DNA of 64,000 nt, taken from NCBI GenBank assembly GCA_963716725.1, contig CAVQUB010000015.1:448001-512000 (forward strand), given 5' to 3'. Numbering within the stretch: position 1 is the first letter of the stretch; each line of letters opens with the position of its first letter. Both the position numbers and the translations under genes were made by a program. Below the pieces are notes generated by a model. The model worked only from the letters and a program-made list of their open reading frames with translations. It had not been told where the DNA came from and did no database searches. The DNA is from an uncultured delta proteobacterium (GTDB taxonomy: Bacteria > Myxococcota_A > Polyangia > Polyangiales > Polyangiaceae). Shown one piece after another: positions 23,997 to 35,226 of this stretch.

Positions 23997-26900
23997 TCAG
24001 TCCGAGTCGCCGGGCTTCCAGGGCTTCGGGGCGGGCGGAGGAAGCTCGTCCGCCAGCGGGACCACGACCACCGCCTCCACCGCGACGTGCTCTTCGGCGA
24101 AGACAACCAGAGTGAGCGGTCGGCCGGCCCTGGCGCCGAGGCCCCCGGGCAACGTCGCGTGCACCTCCGTCGAGGCCCCCGCCGGAAGCTGGAGGGTCAC
24201 TCGGTCAGTCGGGTGAATTTGCGGTAACTTTCGGTCCTTTATCGGTGCACCTTTACGGTCGTACTTGATGGGTTCCAGGGCGCTCCCGATGTGCACCGCG
24301 CCGCTCCGGCCATGCGCGCCGCCGCGCACCAGGACTCGTACGCCTCTGCCGTTCCCGCCCCTCGGGACCACCAGCTGAAGCTTGACGCCCACCGCGCTCT
24401 GTTTGGTCAGGCGGGCGAGATCGCGCGCATCGGGTCCGCCGATGTTCGGCAGGATGCCGGCCCGCCGCGCCAGATCGACGCCGCCGGGCAGCGGGTCGGG
24501 CACACCCAAGAAACGCACCAGCGGCTCGGCCATCTCGGCCTCGGCGCCCAGCTCCACGAGCGCAGTCGCGATGGCGACGCGCGCGCCCTGGTACCGCTCG
24601 CCCGCCAGGGCCCGCGCCAAGGGTACCCGCGCCGCGTCGTCGCCTATCCGCGCGAGCGCTTCGGCGATGAAGGGACGCAGGCGGACGTCGCCCAGGCTCT
24701 GGGTCAGGGGCCAGACCGCGTCCTTGCTCCGGATCTTGGCCAGCGCCGCCAGAAGCTCGCGAGACCGGACGAAGTCCCGTGCCGGCGCGTCGCGCCACCA
24801 CGCGACCAGCGCCGCCTCCCCGCGCCGGTCACCGGCCTCGGCGAGCGCCAGCGACGCGAGGCGCTTCCAGCGAAGGTCGTCGGAGCGTACGAGCTCGAAC
24901 ACCAGCGGCGCGCCTTGATCGAGGCGCGTCAGACCGAGCGCCGCCCAGCGCTTCACCTCGAGGTCTTCGTCGCGACCGAGGGCCAGGCGCAGGCTCTCCG
25001 CGGTCTCCGGCCGCCGCAGCTCGAACAGGAGCTCCGTGGCCTTTCGGCGGATGACCACGTCCGCGTCATCGAGCAGCGGCACCAGCTCGTCGGCGGCGTC
25101 GCCATCTCCCGAGATGCCTCGGAGAATGGCCTCGGGCCAGCCCTTGCCTTCGGCGCGGAGCCCCTTCACCTCGTAGCGACCGTGGGAGGCGCCCAGGTCG
25201 CGCAGTCGGGCGCGCAGCTCTCGAAAACGTCCGGCCTCGTGGCCCGATCGATCCGCGGTTTGCCGCGGGTCGCTGTCGACATCGAAGAGCTGGCAGGCGC
25301 CGAGTTTGCGCTGGCAGACCAGCCGCCAGGGGCCTTCGGCCAAGAGCGCCTGCTCTTCGGTCTCGGCCAGGGCGAGCCCGGGACCGCTCTCCCGTGAGCC
25401 ACTCAAGAGCGGCCCGAGATCTCGCCCGCGGATCCGCGGCGGCCGCGGGATGTCGAGGGCGGACAGGACCGTGGGCAGGAGATCGATGGTCTGCACGACC
25501 TCGGTGATCTTGCGCGGCGCGATGGCGTTCGGGGCGGATATGACCAGTGGCACCCGCAGCTGCTCTTCGTAGACGGTGGTGCCGTGATAGCGCCCGCCGT
25601 GGTCGCCGAACTCCTCGCCGTGATCGGCCGTGACGATCACCGCGCCGTCCGGGCGGTGCTGGCGGAACACGCGCACCAGCGCGCCGACGGTCTCGTCGGC
25701 GGCGCGGATCTCCGAGTCGTAGCGGTCCACGTCGCGGTTGCCGAAGTCGTGTCCTGCGTGGGCCTCGTAGGGCTCATGGGGACCGAAGAGGTGCACCCAG
25801 ACGAACAAGCGCCCGTCGGGGCCGACCTGGCCCAGATAGCTCGAGACCTGGTCGACGCGCCCCTGCCCCTCCATGAACTCCACCTTTCGGTACTCGAAGC
25901 CGAGAAAGGAGTCTCTGAAGGGCGCGAAGCGATCGGTGTCGATGAAGAAGACCGCCGGCGGGTAGAAAGCTGCGGTTTTCCGCGAGTATGTGCGCATCAG
26001 CGACGCCCACGTGTCCGAGTCCGAGCCGGCGCCCTGCAAGATCAGCGGACGCATGTACTTGCCCGTCATCAGCGAGGCGATGGAGTAGCTGGTGTGCGGC
26101 GTCGCCGCGTAGGCGTGGGTGAAGCGCGCGCCCGAGGCCGCCAGCTCGTCGATGTTGGGCGTGGTCTTCCGACTGTAGCCGTAGGCCCCGACGTGATCGG
26201 CGCGCAGGGCGTCCACGGTGACCAGCAGCAGATCACGATCACGGAGGTCGATGCTGCGGGAGCCCGCCGGGACGGTCGCCTCCGACTCTCCGGATCCGCC
26301 TTCGGCGAGGGGCGCGGGCGGAGAGAGCCAGGCCGCCAGCCGCACGGCTTGGCCGCCGATGGGCGCTTGGTCGATCACCACCACCCGAAAGTTGTCGAAG
26401 CCCGCGAGACGCGCCGCCGCCGGTCGAGCCAACACTCCCAAGGCGGCCAGCAGCACCAGAGCGACGACTGCCCCGAGCGGACCGCGGCGCCGCTGCCCCG
26501 GGGGCACCGCGGCCGCCAAGGCGGGAGCCAACGCCAGGCACGCGGCGGCGAGGGCGAGGTGCAGCGCGGGGTACAGCCTCACCAGCACGAAGCGGTTGGC
26601 GAGCTCGAGGGCGGCGATGAACGCGAAGGCGCCGAGGGCCGAGGTCGTCGGTCGGTGCCGGATCAGGCGGGCCAGTCGCGGCGCCGATACGTGGGCGGCG
26701 AAGGCCAGCGAAAACGCCACGGCGAGGACGAAGGTTGCGCGGCGCGGGAGGGGCGCGAGCAGACGCCCGCCGCTGACGGAGTGGGCGACCACTCCAGCCA
26801 AGACGCCGACCACGAGAGCGAGCGCGATGCGCGCTTCGCGCTCGGTCCCGCGCTCGAGCAGGGCGACGAGGGCTGCACCGACCAGGCCGCAGGCCGCTGC

Positions 26901-27086
26901 GAACAGCAGCAGCGTCGGCGCGAGGTACACGATCCCGAGCTGCACCTCCCACACTCCGGCCAAGTCGCGCCGTCGCAGGGCGAGCACCAGCCCGAGTTCG
27001 AACAACGCCACCAGCGCCGCTGCGCCGACCGCAGCCGTGACGCGAGCGCTTGGGCCGCGGCGCTCAGCGGAATTCGACGCTGACAA
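23997..27086 (-). CDS. Membrane-bound alkaline-phosphatase/sulfatase-superfamily protein with C-terminal HEAT repeats
   Basis: About 7 N-terminal TMs; [57 protein letters not shown] repeats. Confidence 0.85.
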   Translation of the reverse strand: MSASNSAERRGPSARVTAAVGAAALVALFELGLVLALRRRDLAGVWEVQLGIVYLAPTLLLFAAACGLVGAALVALLERGTEREARIALALVVGVLAGVVAHSVSGGRLLAPLPRRATFVLAVAFSLAFAAHVSAPRLARLIRHRPTTSALGAFAFIAALELANRFVLVRLYPALHLALAAACLALAPALAAAVPPGQRRRGPLGAVVALVLLAALGVLARPAAARLAGFDNFRVVVIDQAPIGGQAVRLAAWLSPPAPLAEGGSGESEATVPAGSRSIDLRDRDLLLVTVDALRADHVGAYGYSRKTTPNIDELAASGARFTHAYAATPHTSYSIASLMTGKYMRPLILQGAGSDSDTWASLMRTYSRKTAAFYPPAVFFIDTDRFAPFRDSFLGFEYRKVEFMEGQGRVDQVSSYLGQVGPDGRLFVWVHLFGPHEPYEAHAGHDFGNRDVDRYDSEIRAADETVGALVRVFRQHRPDGAVIVTADHGEEFGDHGGRYHGTTVYEEQLRVPLVISAPNAIAPRKITEVVQTIDLLPTVLSALDIPRPPRIRGRDLGPLLSGSRESGPGLALAETEEQALLAEGPWRLVCQRKLGACQLFDVDSDPRQTADRSGHEAGRFRELRARLRDLGASHGRYEVKGLRAEGKGWPEAILRGISGDGDAADELVPLLDDADVVIRRKATELLFELRRPETAESLRLALGRDEDLEVKRWAALGLTRLDQGAPLVFELVRSDDLRWKRLASLALAEAGDRRGEAALVAWWRDAPARDFVRSRELLAALAKIRSKDAVWPLTQSLGDVRLRPFIAEALARIGDDAARVPLARALAGERYQGARVAIATALVELGAEAEMAEPLVRFLGVPDPLPGGVDLARRAGILPNIGGPDARDLARLTKQSAVGVKLQLVVPRGGNGRGVRVLVRGGAHGRSGAVHIGSALEPIKYDRKGAPIKDRKLPQIHPTDRVTLQLPAGASTEVHATLPGGLGARAGRPLTLVVFAEEHVAVEAVVVVPLADELPPPAPKPWKPGDSD

Positions 27087-27537
27087 GCTCGTAGTGACGG
27101 GCGCCCCCAGGGAGCTCGACCTTGACCTCGTCCCCCGCCTCCTTGCCGAGCAGGGCGCGGGCCAGCGGCGCGGAAATGGAGATGGTGCCTTGTTTCAGAT
27201 CGGACTCGTCGGCCCCGACAATCTGGTAGGTCGACTCTTCGTCGGTCTCGACGTTGAGCAGGCTGACGGTAGCGCCGAAGCGCACCTTGTCCCCGCTCAG
27301 CGAGGCCGGATCGATGACCTCCGACCGGGAGATCTTGTCGGACAGATCCTTGATCCGGGCCTCGACCATGCCCTGTCGCTCCTTCGCCGCGTGGTACTCG
27401 GCGTTCTCGCTGAGATCACCGTGCTCTCGCGCCACGCCGATCTCTCGCGAGATCTTGGGCCGCTCCTCTTTGAGGCGGGCGAGCTCCTCTTTGAGCTTCT
27501 CCGCCCCCCGGGGCGTCATTGGGACCTTCTCGACCAT
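27064..27537 (-). CDS. greA: Transcription elongation factor GreA
   Basis: AREHGDLSENAEYHAAKE, YQIVGADE, ISAPLARALLGK. Confidence 0.97.
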   Translation of the reverse strand: MVEKVPMTPRGAEKLKEELARLKEERPKISREIGVAREHGDLSENAEYHAAKERQGMVEARIKDLSDKISRSEVIDPASLSGDKVRFGATVSLLNVETDEESTYQIVGADESDLKQGTISISAPLARALLGKEAGDEVKVELPGGARHYELVSVEFR

Positions 27538-27646
27538 GGGCCCCCCCGATCTACCTGAGGCGCGGGGCTAATCAAGCGAGAACGGCCTGACCCCGGCGCT
27601 GGAGCTTGCCCTCGCTCCAGCGAGCCGCTACTCAAGCGTCCGCGTC

Positions 27647-28463
27647 ATGCGGCTGGTCGGCAAAATTGCGGTGCTCTTCGCCCTCGGCGCCGTGGCGCCC
27701 GCCTGCGGCGCCACCAAGCCGGCGGCGAGCCCGCTGGCGTACTCCGAGAACGCCAAGATCGAGTACGACGGGCGCTCAAGGCGTTCTTCGACAAGGACTG
27801 GGAAGAGGCCGCCCTGCTGTTTCGGGAGGTCAAGCGCAAGTACGGCTACAGCCGCTACGCGCGCCTGGCGGACCTGCGCCTCGCGGACATCGAGTTCCAG
27901 CAGGACAAGTTCGCCGAGTCGATCAGCGCGTACAAGGCGTTCGTTCACGACTACCCGAACGATCCGGACGTGCCCTACGCGCGTTATCGAGTCTCCAAGG
28001 CGCTCTTCGAGCAATCCGCGCCGACCATGCTCTTGCCGCCCCTCGAAGAGCGCGGACCTGGCCAACGTGCTACGACGCGTACGACACCATCCGTGCGTTC
28101 CTGGGAGATTTCCCCCACTACAAGCGGGCGCGAGAGCTCGAGTACATGCTCGAGATGGTGGCTGGGCTCTTGGCGCGCCACGAGCTCTACGTCGCGCGCT
28201 TCTACCTGGCCCGCGGCAACTTCCCAGCTGCCGTCGCCCGCTGCCAATACGCGCTCCGCACCTACGAGGGGTCGGGCCTGGAAGCCGAGGCAATGCTGCT
28301 GCTCGGCGAGACCTACATGAAGATGCACAAGCGGAAGCAAGGCCCGGACGGTCCTCCGCCAGCTGCTCTCGCTCTACCCAGAGAGCCCGTTCGGCATTCC
28401 CGCCGGGTTTCCTGCGCTTGATGCAGGACGACGCGGTCGTACCGCCCGCCCCGACTGAAGTGA
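27647..28463 (+). CDS. bamD: Outer membrane assembly lipoprotein BamD (several indels; end approximate)
   Basis: VAPAC lipobox; frame pieces [49 protein letters not shown]. Confidence 0.85.
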
Positions 28464-28465
28464 CC

Positions 28466-29905
<1,440 letters not shown>

Positions 29906-29931
<26 letters not shown>

Positions 29932-30712
29932 TCAGAGCCGTGGTCGCCTGATCGGCCCCGGCGACCCTTCTGCCATCTTCGTGGAGGGATCGGCGCCGGC
30001 GATCCTCGGCATTCACGGCTTCGGCGGCACGCCCCTCGAGGTAGGTCTGGTCGCCGACGTGGCGCGGACTCTCGGTCGCCGCGCGCACCTGCCGCTCTTG
30101 CCGGGCCACGGCACCCACGCCGACGACCTGTCCCGCGCGCGTTGGGAGGACTGGACCGCCGCGGTCGAGGCCGCCCTCGATAGCATTAGTGCCCCCGGAG
30201 AGCCCTGCGTCGTCGTGGGGCTGTCGCTCGGCTCGCTGCTCGCGACCCACCTGGCGGTCACGCATCCCGAGCGCGTGAGCGCCCTGGTGCTCTTGTCCAA
30301 TGCGTTCTGGCTGACCGCGCCCTTCCCGGCTTGGGCCCTGCGGGCGGTCGATGCCCTCGGCCTGCCGGACTTCCGCCTGCCCAAGGTGGCCGCGGACATC
30401 GCCGATCCGAACGCCCGGCGCACGCACCTCACCTATGGCGAGCATCCGGTGCACGCCGCGGTGGCCGTCGAGCGGGCCGGTGCTCGCATGCGGTCCCGGC
30501 TGCCGGACGTGCAAGCCCCGACGCTGATCGTGCACGGCGCCCGCGATCGCGTCTGCCCCGTGGCCAACGCGGATCGCGTCGCCGCGCGGCTCGGCACCCG
30601 CGACGTGCGCGTGGTGGTGCTGCCGCAATCTCGCCACATCGTGACCCGCGATCTCGAGCGCGCGGCCGTGGCTGCGGAGCTTTCGCGCTTCATCGAGCGC
30701 TTCCCCAGCTAA
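29906..30712 (+). CDS. Alpha/beta hydrolase (carboxylesterase, YvaK-like); start uncertain
   Basis: IHGFGG, LPGHG, GLSLG nucleophile elbow, HGARD, SRH. Confidence 0.85.
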
Positions 30713-30717
30713 CCTGC

Positions 30718-31239
30718 CTACAGGCAATACAGGAAGAAATCCGGGCAACAGTCCAGGTTCGCGATGCACACCACGTCGCAATAACACCCGGCGCCCTGCG
30801 GCTCGGGGGATCCACAGTTGCCGCCGCACTGTCCGCTCGGTGGCGGGGTGCCGCCGGCTCCCCCGCCCCCGCTGCTTCCACCGGCGCCGCTCCCCGCGCT
30901 CCCGCCAGCGCCTCCGCCGCCCGCCGGCGGACCGCAACAGTCGGTGCAGGTCATGGGGTGACAGAACTTGTCGTCGCAGCACGACTCGTCGCTGGCGCAG
31001 GTCTTGGTGCCGCACTGCGGACCGGTCTCCGCGCCTTCGTCCCCGTTGTCGCCCTTGGCGGGATCCGTGTTGCTCGCCCCGCCGCTGGCGGGGTTCTGCG
31101 CGGGCTCCTCTTCTTGTCCCGAACCCGACCCCACGGACGAGACGGGCGTGGTCTCGGGCAGCCGATCGGTGTCGGTCTCTTCGCCGGTGCCGGCGGCGCA
31201 GCCCAGGGTCACGACAGCGATCAACAGTAGGCGCCTCAT
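30718..31239 (-). CDS. Cys-rich lipoprotein with C-terminal somatomedin-B-like domain
   Basis: TLGC lipobox; CGGNC-x9-CYCDVVCIANLDCCPDFFLYC fits SMB Cys spacing. Confidence 0.75.
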   Translation of the reverse strand: MRRLLLIAVVTLGCAAGTGEETDTDRLPETTPVSSVGSGSGQEEEPAQNPASGGASNTDPAKGDNGDEGAETGPQCGTKTCASDESCCDDKFCHPMTCTDCCGPPAGGGGAGGSAGSGAGGSSGGGGAGGTPPPSGQCGGNCGSPEPQGAGCYCDVVCIANLDCCPDFFLYCL

Positions 31240-32297
31240 CACTCGCACTCGACTCGGGTGTAGGTGACGCCCTGCTCGGTCCGGTGCGCGACGAGCACGC
31301 CGCCGTCGGGCAAGGCGGCCAGATCCCGAAACGACTCCTCGGGCAAGGTGTTGGCGGCCACGCTGGCGGTTCCCGTGGGCGCTCCGCCCAAGGGCTCGAG
31401 GCAGACGATCTTGATCTCGGTCTGGGTCTCGCTCTGGCCGGGCTGCACCTCGGCCGCGAAGTAGATCGTGCCCGCGCGGTCGCTATCGAGCAGGAGGATC
31501 TGGCGGACCGGGGCCTCGAGGCGGAGCTCCCGGGTGAAGCGGTGCTGGAGCGGCGCGCGATCGGTGACGGTCACGTAGGCTCTGCCGGAGGCAGCTTCGA
31601 TGATGCCCGACGCCAGAAAAGCCGTACCGTCGCGGCTCGGTCGCCCGGGGATCTCGCTCCGATCGGCGGCCGGCACGCCGGAGAGCGAGCCCAGCTTCAC
31701 CATTGGGCCGTGGGCGCGCTCGGCGTAGACGTCGTTGCCGTCGACCGCGATGCTGGTGATGCTGCCCGTGTCGGGCACGCCTGGGCCCTCCAGTGGGAGT
31801 TTGCCGAGGGGTCGCCCCGAAGCGTCGAAGAGCGAGACCGAACGATCGCGGAAGCGATCGAGCACGGCCATCGATCCGTCGTCTGCCCAGGCGACGTCCT
31901 CGGGGTAGCCGCCGACCGGGATCAACGTGTTCGCCGAGCCGTCGGCGTTGCGACGCACCAGTCGGTCGTTGACGTTGTCGAGCACCAGCAGCCCACCCTT
32001 GGGGTCGACCGCGAAGCTCATGGGGCCGACCGGGCTGCCCTCGGGCGGGCGATCACGACCGAGCTGATCGGGCCCGCCGCCCCAACTCGCGGCGAACACG
32101 GGGCCTGGCTTGGCAGGCGCTGGCGCCGGGGCCGCGGCCACCGGCGGGGTCACCCTGGCTCTGGGAGCGGCGGTGACGCGCTCCGCCGCCGTGACGCGGG
32201 GCAGCGGCGCGTTGGCTCGAGCCGTTGGGCGACCCCACCACAGCGCTGCGCAGAGCCCGACGACCAGCGTGACGATGACGGTTCGAGGGCGGACCAT
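31239..32297 (-). CDS. Exported beta-propeller (NHL/WD-like) protein
   Basis: N-terminal hydrophobic anchor; GPMSFAVDPKGGLLVLDNVNDRL, PEDVAWADDGSMAVLD blades. Confidence 0.65.
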   Translation of the reverse strand: MVRPRTVIVTLVVGLCAALWWGRPTARANAPLPRVTAAERVTAAPRARVTPPVAAAPAPAPAKPGPVFAASWGGGPDQLGRDRPPEGSPVGPMSFAVDPKGGLLVLDNVNDRLVRRNADGSANTLIPVGGYPEDVAWADDGSMAVLDRFRDRSVSLFDASGRPLGKLPLEGPGVPDTGSITSIAVDGNDVYAERAHGPMVKLGSLSGVPAADRSEIPGRPSRDGTAFLASGIIEAASGRAYVTVTDRAPLQHRFTRELRLEAPVRQILLLDSDRAGTIYFAAEVQPGQSETQTEIKIVCLEPLGGAPTGTASVAANTLPEESFRDLAALPDGGVLVAHRTEQGVTYTRVECE

Positions 32298-32304
32298 GTC
32301 GCCC

Positions 32305-33408
32305 TCAGTATCCCGCCCGCCGGATCGCCTTGTAGGCGCTGCCCGCGGTACGGTATCCCTTCACGCATCCGCCCTTGCAGCTCTTGCACTCGTAAGCGTA
32401 GATGGATCCCCACGGGTCGCCGCTCGAGTAGATGAAGACGTGCCCGGAGCCGTTCGAGCGATAGTTGAGCGCGTCGGCCTTCTTGATGTTGCTCCGCGAG
32501 ATGACTGACCACTCGCTGGTGCTGCTGTTGAAGTCGGCGGTCGTGTACGGGTGGTTGTCGATGCTCATGCTGCTGTTGCTCGACGGCACCTGCCAGACCT
32601 TGGCGACGAAGCCCGAACAGTCCCCACCGTAGCTTCCGCTGTGGGAGCAGCTGGGGCACGAGCCTGAGCAGGACCCGCCCTGATTTCCCGGGCCGTTGCT
32701 GAGAAACCGCCCGTGGCCCCACCAGTACGAGTGTCCAGGCCCAGCCTCGGCGCGCTGCATCGCCGCCTCGATCTTGCCCGTGGGCTGGCCCCCGGTCGGC
32801 GGGTTGCCCCCGGTCGGCGGGTTGCCTCCGCCCCCTTCGTCGCCGCCGGCGACCTTGCTCACCGAGTAGTACTTGCTGGAGCTCCACCCCGAGCTGCCCG
32901 CGTACTGCACGTTGTAAAACCCGTTGTTCGGCTGGGGCGACAGCAGGGTGACCTGCGCATCTCCGGGCACGACCTTGATCACGGAATACGAGGTCGAGGC
33001 GCCGCTGCGCAGGTTCACGTCGCTGATGGCGATGAGCGTGCTGCCCGCGGGCAGCGAACCCGAGGTGCTGCCGATGGGCTCGAGGTAGTTGCCGTAGCTG
33101 AAGCCCGAGGTCCCATCGTGGTCGATCTCGTAGAATCCATTGGTCGGCTGAGACGCGACCACGGTGACCAGCGCGCCCTTCGGCACGACTCGGAGGATGC
33201 TCTTGTTCGACGATGGGCCGGAGCGCAGGTTGAGGTTGCCGGTGGTTCGGAGCTGGCTGCCGATGGGCATCGGACCCGTCAGCCCTTCGCCGGCGGAGTC
33301 GGTGTCCTCGGTGAGCTCCTCGGACTCCACCGGCGGCGCGGTCGCCGGCGCGCAGCCCACGGATCCGGAAGCGATCAGGATGACGACAGCCCAGGCTCGT
33401 TCGCTCAT
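32305..33408 (-). CDS. Lipoprotein with two SH3b domains and an NlpC/P60-like peptidoglycan hydrolase domain
   Basis: SVGC lipobox; LNLRSGPS and VNLRSGAS SH3b; YWWG...DCSGFV...GHVFIY...AYE. Confidence 0.82.
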   Translation of the reverse strand: MSERAWAVVILIASGSVGCAPATAPPVESEELTEDTDSAGEGLTGPMPIGSQLRTTGNLNLRSGPSSNKSILRVVPKGALVTVVASQPTNGFYEIDHDGTSGFSYGNYLEPIGSTSGSLPAGSTLIAISDVNLRSGASTSYSVIKVVPGDAQVTLLSPQPNNGFYNVQYAGSSGWSSSKYYSVSKVAGGDEGGGGNPPTGGNPPTGGQPTGKIEAAMQRAEAGPGHSYWWGHGRFLSNGPGNQGGSCSGSCPSCSHSGSYGGDCSGFVAKVWQVPSSNSSMSIDNHPYTTADFNSSTSEWSVISRSNIKKADALNYRSNGSGHVFIYSSGDPWGSIYAYECKSCKGGCVKGYRTAGSAYKAIRRAGY

Positions 33409-33420
33409 GCCCAGACGAAT

Positions 33421-33436
33421 TGCAACGCACGTGCCG
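33421..33436 (-). promoter_or_regulatory. sigma54 promoter of the SH3-NlpC/P60 operon
   Basis: Minus strand CGGCACG-TGCG-TTGCA. Confidence 0.7.
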
Positions 33437-33565
33437 CCAGGCTTTGGCGCCACAGACGACATTTTCCAGCAAGATCAAGCGGGTAGGAGGATGTAGGCGC
33501 GGCTGCATCGTCCGGATTTCGTCCGGACGGGCGCGGGACTCGCGTCCTGCGCGACGCCAGCTGCG

Positions 33566-34009
33566 TTACCCGCCGGTGGAGCCAAAACCGCCGGAGCCAC
33601 GAGCGGTCAGGTCCAACCCCTCGGCCCACTCGACCGTGGCCCGAGAGACCGGGGCGATCACCAGCTGCGCGATGCGTGCAAGCGGCTCCACGGTGAAGGG
33701 CTCGGCCCCATGGTTGACGAGGATCACGCCGACCTCGCCGCGGTAGTCCGCGTCGATGGTGCCCGGCGCGTTGACCATCCCGACCCCGTGGCGCAGCGCG
33801 AGCCCCGATCGGGGCCGAACTTGACCCTCGAAGCCGGGCGGAATGGCCAGCGCCAGTCCGGTCGGGATCAGGCGACGCTCCCCCGGCGCGAGCACCACCG
33901 ACGAGGCCAGCGCCGCCATCAAGTCGAGCCCGGCAGAGTCCGGCGTCTGGTACCGCGGAAGCGGCACTTCGACGGCGCCCACCCGCATCGCCCGGACGAC
34001 CGGGCTCAC
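33566..34009 (-). CDS. dut: dUTP diphosphatase
   Basis: [41 protein letters not shown]. Confidence 0.96.
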   Translation of the reverse strand: MSPVVRAMRVGAVEVPLPRYQTPDSAGLDLMAALASSVVLAPGERRLIPTGLALAIPPGFEGQVRPRSGLALRHGVGMVNAPGTIDADYRGEVGVILVNHGAEPFTVEPLARIAQLVIAPVSRATVEWAEGLDLTARGSGGFGSTGG

Positions 34010-35169
34010 AGCTGAGCGAACCTTCCGCTCTTGAGCGAGGCGTCGAGCAACTGTCGCACGCGCTGTTCGAGGGCCCGGGCTTGTTGATCGGGGATCTGCG
34101 CCAGCGCCGTCTTGATCTCGCCGAGCGCCTTGAGCTGACTGAAGAGCTGAAGATCGCTGGGCGGAGCCGCCCCGGTGAGTACCTGCCGGATGCGTTCGAT
34201 CTCGGCCGAGAGCGCCTCGACGCCGACTCCGAGGGCGCCCACCCGGCGCCGATCGGGGTGCTCGCGGTAGAACGACTCGAGCACTGGCTGCACGATTTGA
34301 TCGAGGATCGGCGCCTGATCTTCCGCGTTCCACACGTGCTTGAGCACGAACAGGTCGCTGGTATCGGCCTCACTCCGACCGTCGATGTAAGCGCTGGCGG
34401 CGAAGAGCTTGAGCATCTTGACCACCCGGCGATCACTGATGGTGATGCCCTCGGCGCGGATCTGGAAAATCAGCCCTTTGTAGCTGGAGAGGAAGGACTC
34501 GGAGAACGACAGCCGCCTCGCGAGCTCCTCGGTCATGGCGTGGATGTGGGCCGCCGAGAGCAGCGGCTGGGGCTTGGCCCGGCGCAGCTTCTTCACCTCT
34601 TGTTGGACGCCGAGCTGGAGCAGCTCGTTGAAGTGATAGGCGTCGAGGTGATCGGAGCGGATGCGCAGCAGGAAGCGATCGAACATGGCCGACAGCGAGT
34701 CGTCGCTGGGGACCTCGTTGCTGGCTCCGAAGGCGCTGATCAGCGGGCATTCGATGATCTGGCTGCCCGAGGTGTAGCGTCGCTCGTTGAGCAGGCTCAA
34801 GAGCGCGTTGAGGATCGCGCTGTTCGCCTTGAAGACCTCGTCGAGGAACACGATCTCGCTCACCGGCAGCATGCCCTCGATCCGCCGGCGGTAGTGCCCT
34901 TCCCGGAACGCGGCGATGTCGACGGGGCCGAAGATCTCGTTGGGCTCGGTGAAGCGGGTCAGCAGGTACTCGAAGTACTGAGCTTGAATCAGCTCGGCCA
35001 GCGTGCGGATCAGCGCGCTCTTGGCCGTGCCCGGTGGCCCGATCAGCACGGCGTGCTCCCGAGCCACCACCGCGATCAGCAACAGGCGAATCACCTCGCT
35101 CTTGCCCAAGAACTGGGAGTCGAGCGTCTCGGCGACGCGCTGCAGGCGGGAAGACAGGTCGTTGGACAT
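34006..35169 (-). CDS. MoxR-family AAA+ ATPase (RavA-like)
   Basis: [48 protein letters not shown]. Confidence 0.9.
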   Translation of the reverse strand: MSNDLSSRLQRVAETLDSQFLGKSEVIRLLLIAVVAREHAVLIGPPGTAKSALIRTLAELIQAQYFEYLLTRFTEPNEIFGPVDIAAFREGHYRRRIEGMLPVSEIVFLDEVFKANSAILNALLSLLNERRYTSGSQIIECPLISAFGASNEVPSDDSLSAMFDRFLLRIRSDHLDAYHFNELLQLGVQQEVKKLRRAKPQPLLSAAHIHAMTEELARRLSFSESFLSSYKGLIFQIRAEGITISDRRVVKMLKLFAASAYIDGRSEADTSDLFVLKHVWNAEDQAPILDQIVQPVLESFYREHPDRRRVGALGVGVEALSAEIERIRQVLTGAAPPSDLQLFSQLKALGEIKTALAQIPDQQARALEQRVRQLLDASLKSGRFAQL

Positions 35170-35226
35170 GAGAAGATCGCCTGGTCCGAGTTGTAGCCGG
35201 TCGAGCGTCGGGCCTCAACGCCCGGA

